This document shows, piece after piece, positions 59,701 to 61,831 of a DNA stretch of 61,831 nucleotides. The stretch's first letter is position 1, and the number at the start of each line of letters is the position of its first letter. The notes below the pieces were generated by a model. It had not been told where the DNA came from. It searched no databases and saw nothing but the letters and a program-made list of their open reading frames with translations. The DNA comes from Candidatus Omnitrophota bacterium. GTDB lineage: Bacteria; Omnitrophota; Gorgyraeia; Duberdicusellales; 4484-171. The stretch spans positions 1 to 61,831 of the forward strand of contig JAHKAJ010000012.1 of assembly GCA_018826075.1 (NCBI GenBank), in the 5' to 3' direction. A program made the translations under genes and the position numbers.

Positions 59701-60993
59701 GTGTACAAAAAGAAAGTTTTATTTCTAATTTGTATAATGGGGGGCTGTTGTTTTTTCAGTTCTTATGCCGAGGTATCGCGCCAGGAGCTGATTTCTTATT
59801 CTCTGGATTACTATACCCTCAAAGATAAAGCTGAACAAAAACAACAGGAGGAGAAGAAAATTCAGGAGGTAAAAACAGTTGAGCTAAAGGTAAAACAGCA
59901 GAAACGTTTGGATAAAGTGAAAGGTTTTTTAGATAACTTTCATCTTTACGCCGAAACCAAGGTCAGTTTTAATGATAACATCTACCTTACTGAGTCCGAC
60001 ACAGCAGAAGATATCATCACCGAGATTACTCCTGGGATAAAATATGAGAATTTTTCGAAGCAAAAGCGGTTGAGAATTCTTCTGGATGGCGGAATCAGGT
60101 TCAAAAATTATGTTCAGGAAAATCAGCATGACACCGGCAATCCTTATGGAAATTTCGTGTTTAGTTACGGTTTGGGCCGGATGAGTTTCGACCTCGAAAA
60201 TGATTACAAAAAGGATCAGTCAGAAGTTTCTCAAATTACCACTGGTTCCCAGGGCGATTTAATCGATTACCGCCAGAATAGAACAAAGGCGAAAGTCAAC
60301 TTGGATTTAAACCGTTTAGCTTGGGATTTTTGGTATTCGCATTTTTTTAGGACTTATGATAGAGGAAGGCACCAGTTGACCGGAAATTATGATGAAGATT
60401 TTATCGGAATAGCCGGTGCTTGGAAAGTGTTTCCTAAAACCTTAATCTTTCTGGAATATGACCATCGATGGCTAGATTACTTTAAGGGAGGTAAATTGGA
60501 TAGAAACTACGATATGTACTGGATAGGAGTAAAAGGAGACATTTTTACTAAGCTCAAAGGAGTAGCTAAAGCCGGCTATGAACAGGGTCATTATGAGGAC
60601 GAAAGTACAAAGAGCGGCAGTACGGTAAGTTTGAACCTTAGCTACCAGGCTTCGCCTCGGATTACATATGATTTAACTATAGAAAGGTCTATTGGCGATG
60701 CAGAAATAGATAATCAAGTCAGCGATGGAACACAGAAATATACTTTGCTTTGCAACTACCTGCCGCCGTTTAATAAAAAGCTGCGTTTGTCGGCTGGAGC
60801 AGCTTATGGTTTTAATGAATATGAATCCAGTCGAGAAGACAATGCTTACAGTCTAAAATTTCTTTCTGAATACGAATTGCGCAGCTGGCTTAAACTGACC
60901 GGAGAGTACGAATTTAACAAATTAGTTTCTACTGAGAATGCGGCCGAATATAATAATAACATTTTATCTTTAAAATTAATTTCTGAATTTTAA
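59701..60993 (+). CDS. Outer-membrane beta-barrel, polysaccharide-export associated (BBP2/EpsX/VpsM-like)
   Basis: Signal peptide, NDNIYLT...TPGI, alternating amphipathic strands, C-terminal Phe. Confidence 0.8.
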   Translation: MYKKKVLFLICIMGGCCFFSSYAEVSRQELISYSLDYYTLKDKAEQKQQEEKKIQEVKTVELKVKQQKRLDKVKGFLDNFHLYAETKVSFNDNIYLTESDTAEDIITEITPGIKYENFSKQKRLRILLDGGIRFKNYVQENQHDTGNPYGNFVFSYGLGRMSFDLENDYKKDQSEVSQITTGSQGDLIDYRQNRTKAKVNLDLNRLAWDFWYSHFFRTYDRGRHQLTGNYDEDFIGIAGAWKVFPKTLIFLEYDHRWLDYFKGGKLDRNYDMYWIGVKGDIFTKLKGVAKAGYEQGHYEDESTKSGSTVSLNLSYQASPRITYDLTIERSIGDAEIDNQVSDGTQKYTLLCNYLPPFNKKLRLSAGAAYGFNEYESSREDNAYSLKFLSEYELRSWLKLTGEYEFNKLVSTENAAEYNNNILSLKLISEF

Positions 60994-60995
60994 CT

Positions 60996-61831
60996 ATGAA
61001 GAAATTTTTAATTGGTTTAACGATCGTTTTTTATTTAGCTATTCTCGGAGAGGTTGTTTGGGCCCAAAGTTTGCGAATAGTTCAACCTGGGGATATTTTG
61101 GATATCTATGTAGAGGGCCAGCCCCATATGGATACTACAGCAATTGTTTCTCGAGACGGAACATTCTATTACCGTTATTCCGGAGAGGTGAAAGCCAAAG
61201 GTCTAACTCCTCAAGAGGTAGCTCAGGCAGTTACCGGATTGATCAGGAAATCTTACTCATTTTTAGATAACCCTAAAGTCAAAGTTGTGTTTAGAGAACA
61301 ATCCCAAACAGTCATTAGCGATGAGAATCTTTTTCTGGACCAAGATAATCCTCAGTTTTTTGAATCAGAAGGGGAAGGAGATTTCCGAGCAACAGAGGCT
61401 TCTTATCGTATAGGGCCCAACGATAGATTGACCATCACTGTTTATGATGAACCGGAGTTGAGCCGCACAATAGTTGTTTCAGAAATCGGAACTATCATTT
61501 TTCCTTTCGTCGGTGAGATCAGGGTTAGCAGCTTTACACCCAATGAGGTTGCTAAGAAAATAGAAGATATCTTGGGTAGAGATTATTTGGTCAACCCCCA
61601 GGTGAGCGTTCTGGTAGCTGAGTATGCAAAGTTTTTTATCTTCGGTGCGGTAAATAAAGAAGGAAGTTATGAGGCCAAAGGAGAGCTTACCCTTATTGAT
61701 GCCTTAGCTTTAGCCGGAGGCGCTAAACCAGAAGCCGACCTTTCCAAAATAAAAGTGCTGAGAAAAGAGTCTGGGGAGTCAAAAGAAATAATTCTGGATC
61801 TAGAAACTGAAGGACGACTGTTTTTTTTAAA
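60996..61831 (+). CDS. OPX/Wza-like polysaccharide export protein (partial; missed by the ORF track)
   Basis: Open from ATG 60996 to the edge. Poly_export 1 (VQPGDILDIYV...VSRDGTF), Poly_export 2 (YRIGPNDRLTITV...FPFVGEI...NPQVSV), SLBB (FGAV...LIDALALAGG). Confidence 0.9.
   Translation, partial: MKKFLIGLTIVFYLAILGEVVWAQSLRIVQPGDILDIYVEGQPHMDTTAIVSRDGTFYYRYSGEVKAKGLTPQEVAQAVTGLIRKSYSFLDNPKVKVVFREQSQTVISDENLFLDQDNPQFFESEGEGDFRATEASYRIGPNDRLTITVYDEPELSRTIVVSEIGTIIFPFVGEIRVSSFTPNEVAKKIEDILGRDYLVNPQVSVLVAEYAKFFIFGAVNKEGSYEAKGELTLIDALALAGGAKPEADLSKIKVLRKESGESKEIILDLETEGRLFFL

Overview
Origin-of-replication region of a bacterial chromosome. The lineage is probably PVC/Omnitrophota-like; this is an inference from gene order and protein style, not a search result. 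Left of dnaA almost all genes are on the minus strand: dnaA-dnaN-dciA-gyrB-gyrA, tRNA-Glu, glmS, rsmI, then a tightly packed ~10 kb run headed by a PyrR attenuator (pyrR-pyrB-pyrC-EndoQ-tRNA-Arg-LOG-dUTPase/dCTP deaminase-mutM-ArnT-like/GT2/LAB_N-pabB/C). Right of dnaA genes are on the plus strand: rpmH-yidD-yidC (no rnpA), two parS sites, parAB, ndk, yicC, gmk, rpoZ and a tRNA cluster (Cys, Leu, Val, Asp). A free-standing two-motif LAGLIDADG endonuclease lies between tRNA-Cys and tRNA-Leu, and its frame runs through tRNA-Leu into tRNA-Val. A ~24 kb surface-glycan locus follows. It has an Xis/BldC-like HTH with a phased 10-bp upstream array, an ABC flippase, a WaaL/Wzy-like gene with a candidate poly-T frameshift, FnlABC-like enzymes, a sulfotransferase, a GT4-PGT fusion, PglF/E-like enzymes and an MBOAT/SGNH pair. 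The window ends in a diguanylate cyclase-TPR-PilZ-beta-barrel-OPX export module that is cut by the window edge. Coordinates were read by hand; several starts were moved from the ORF track to better-supported codons.
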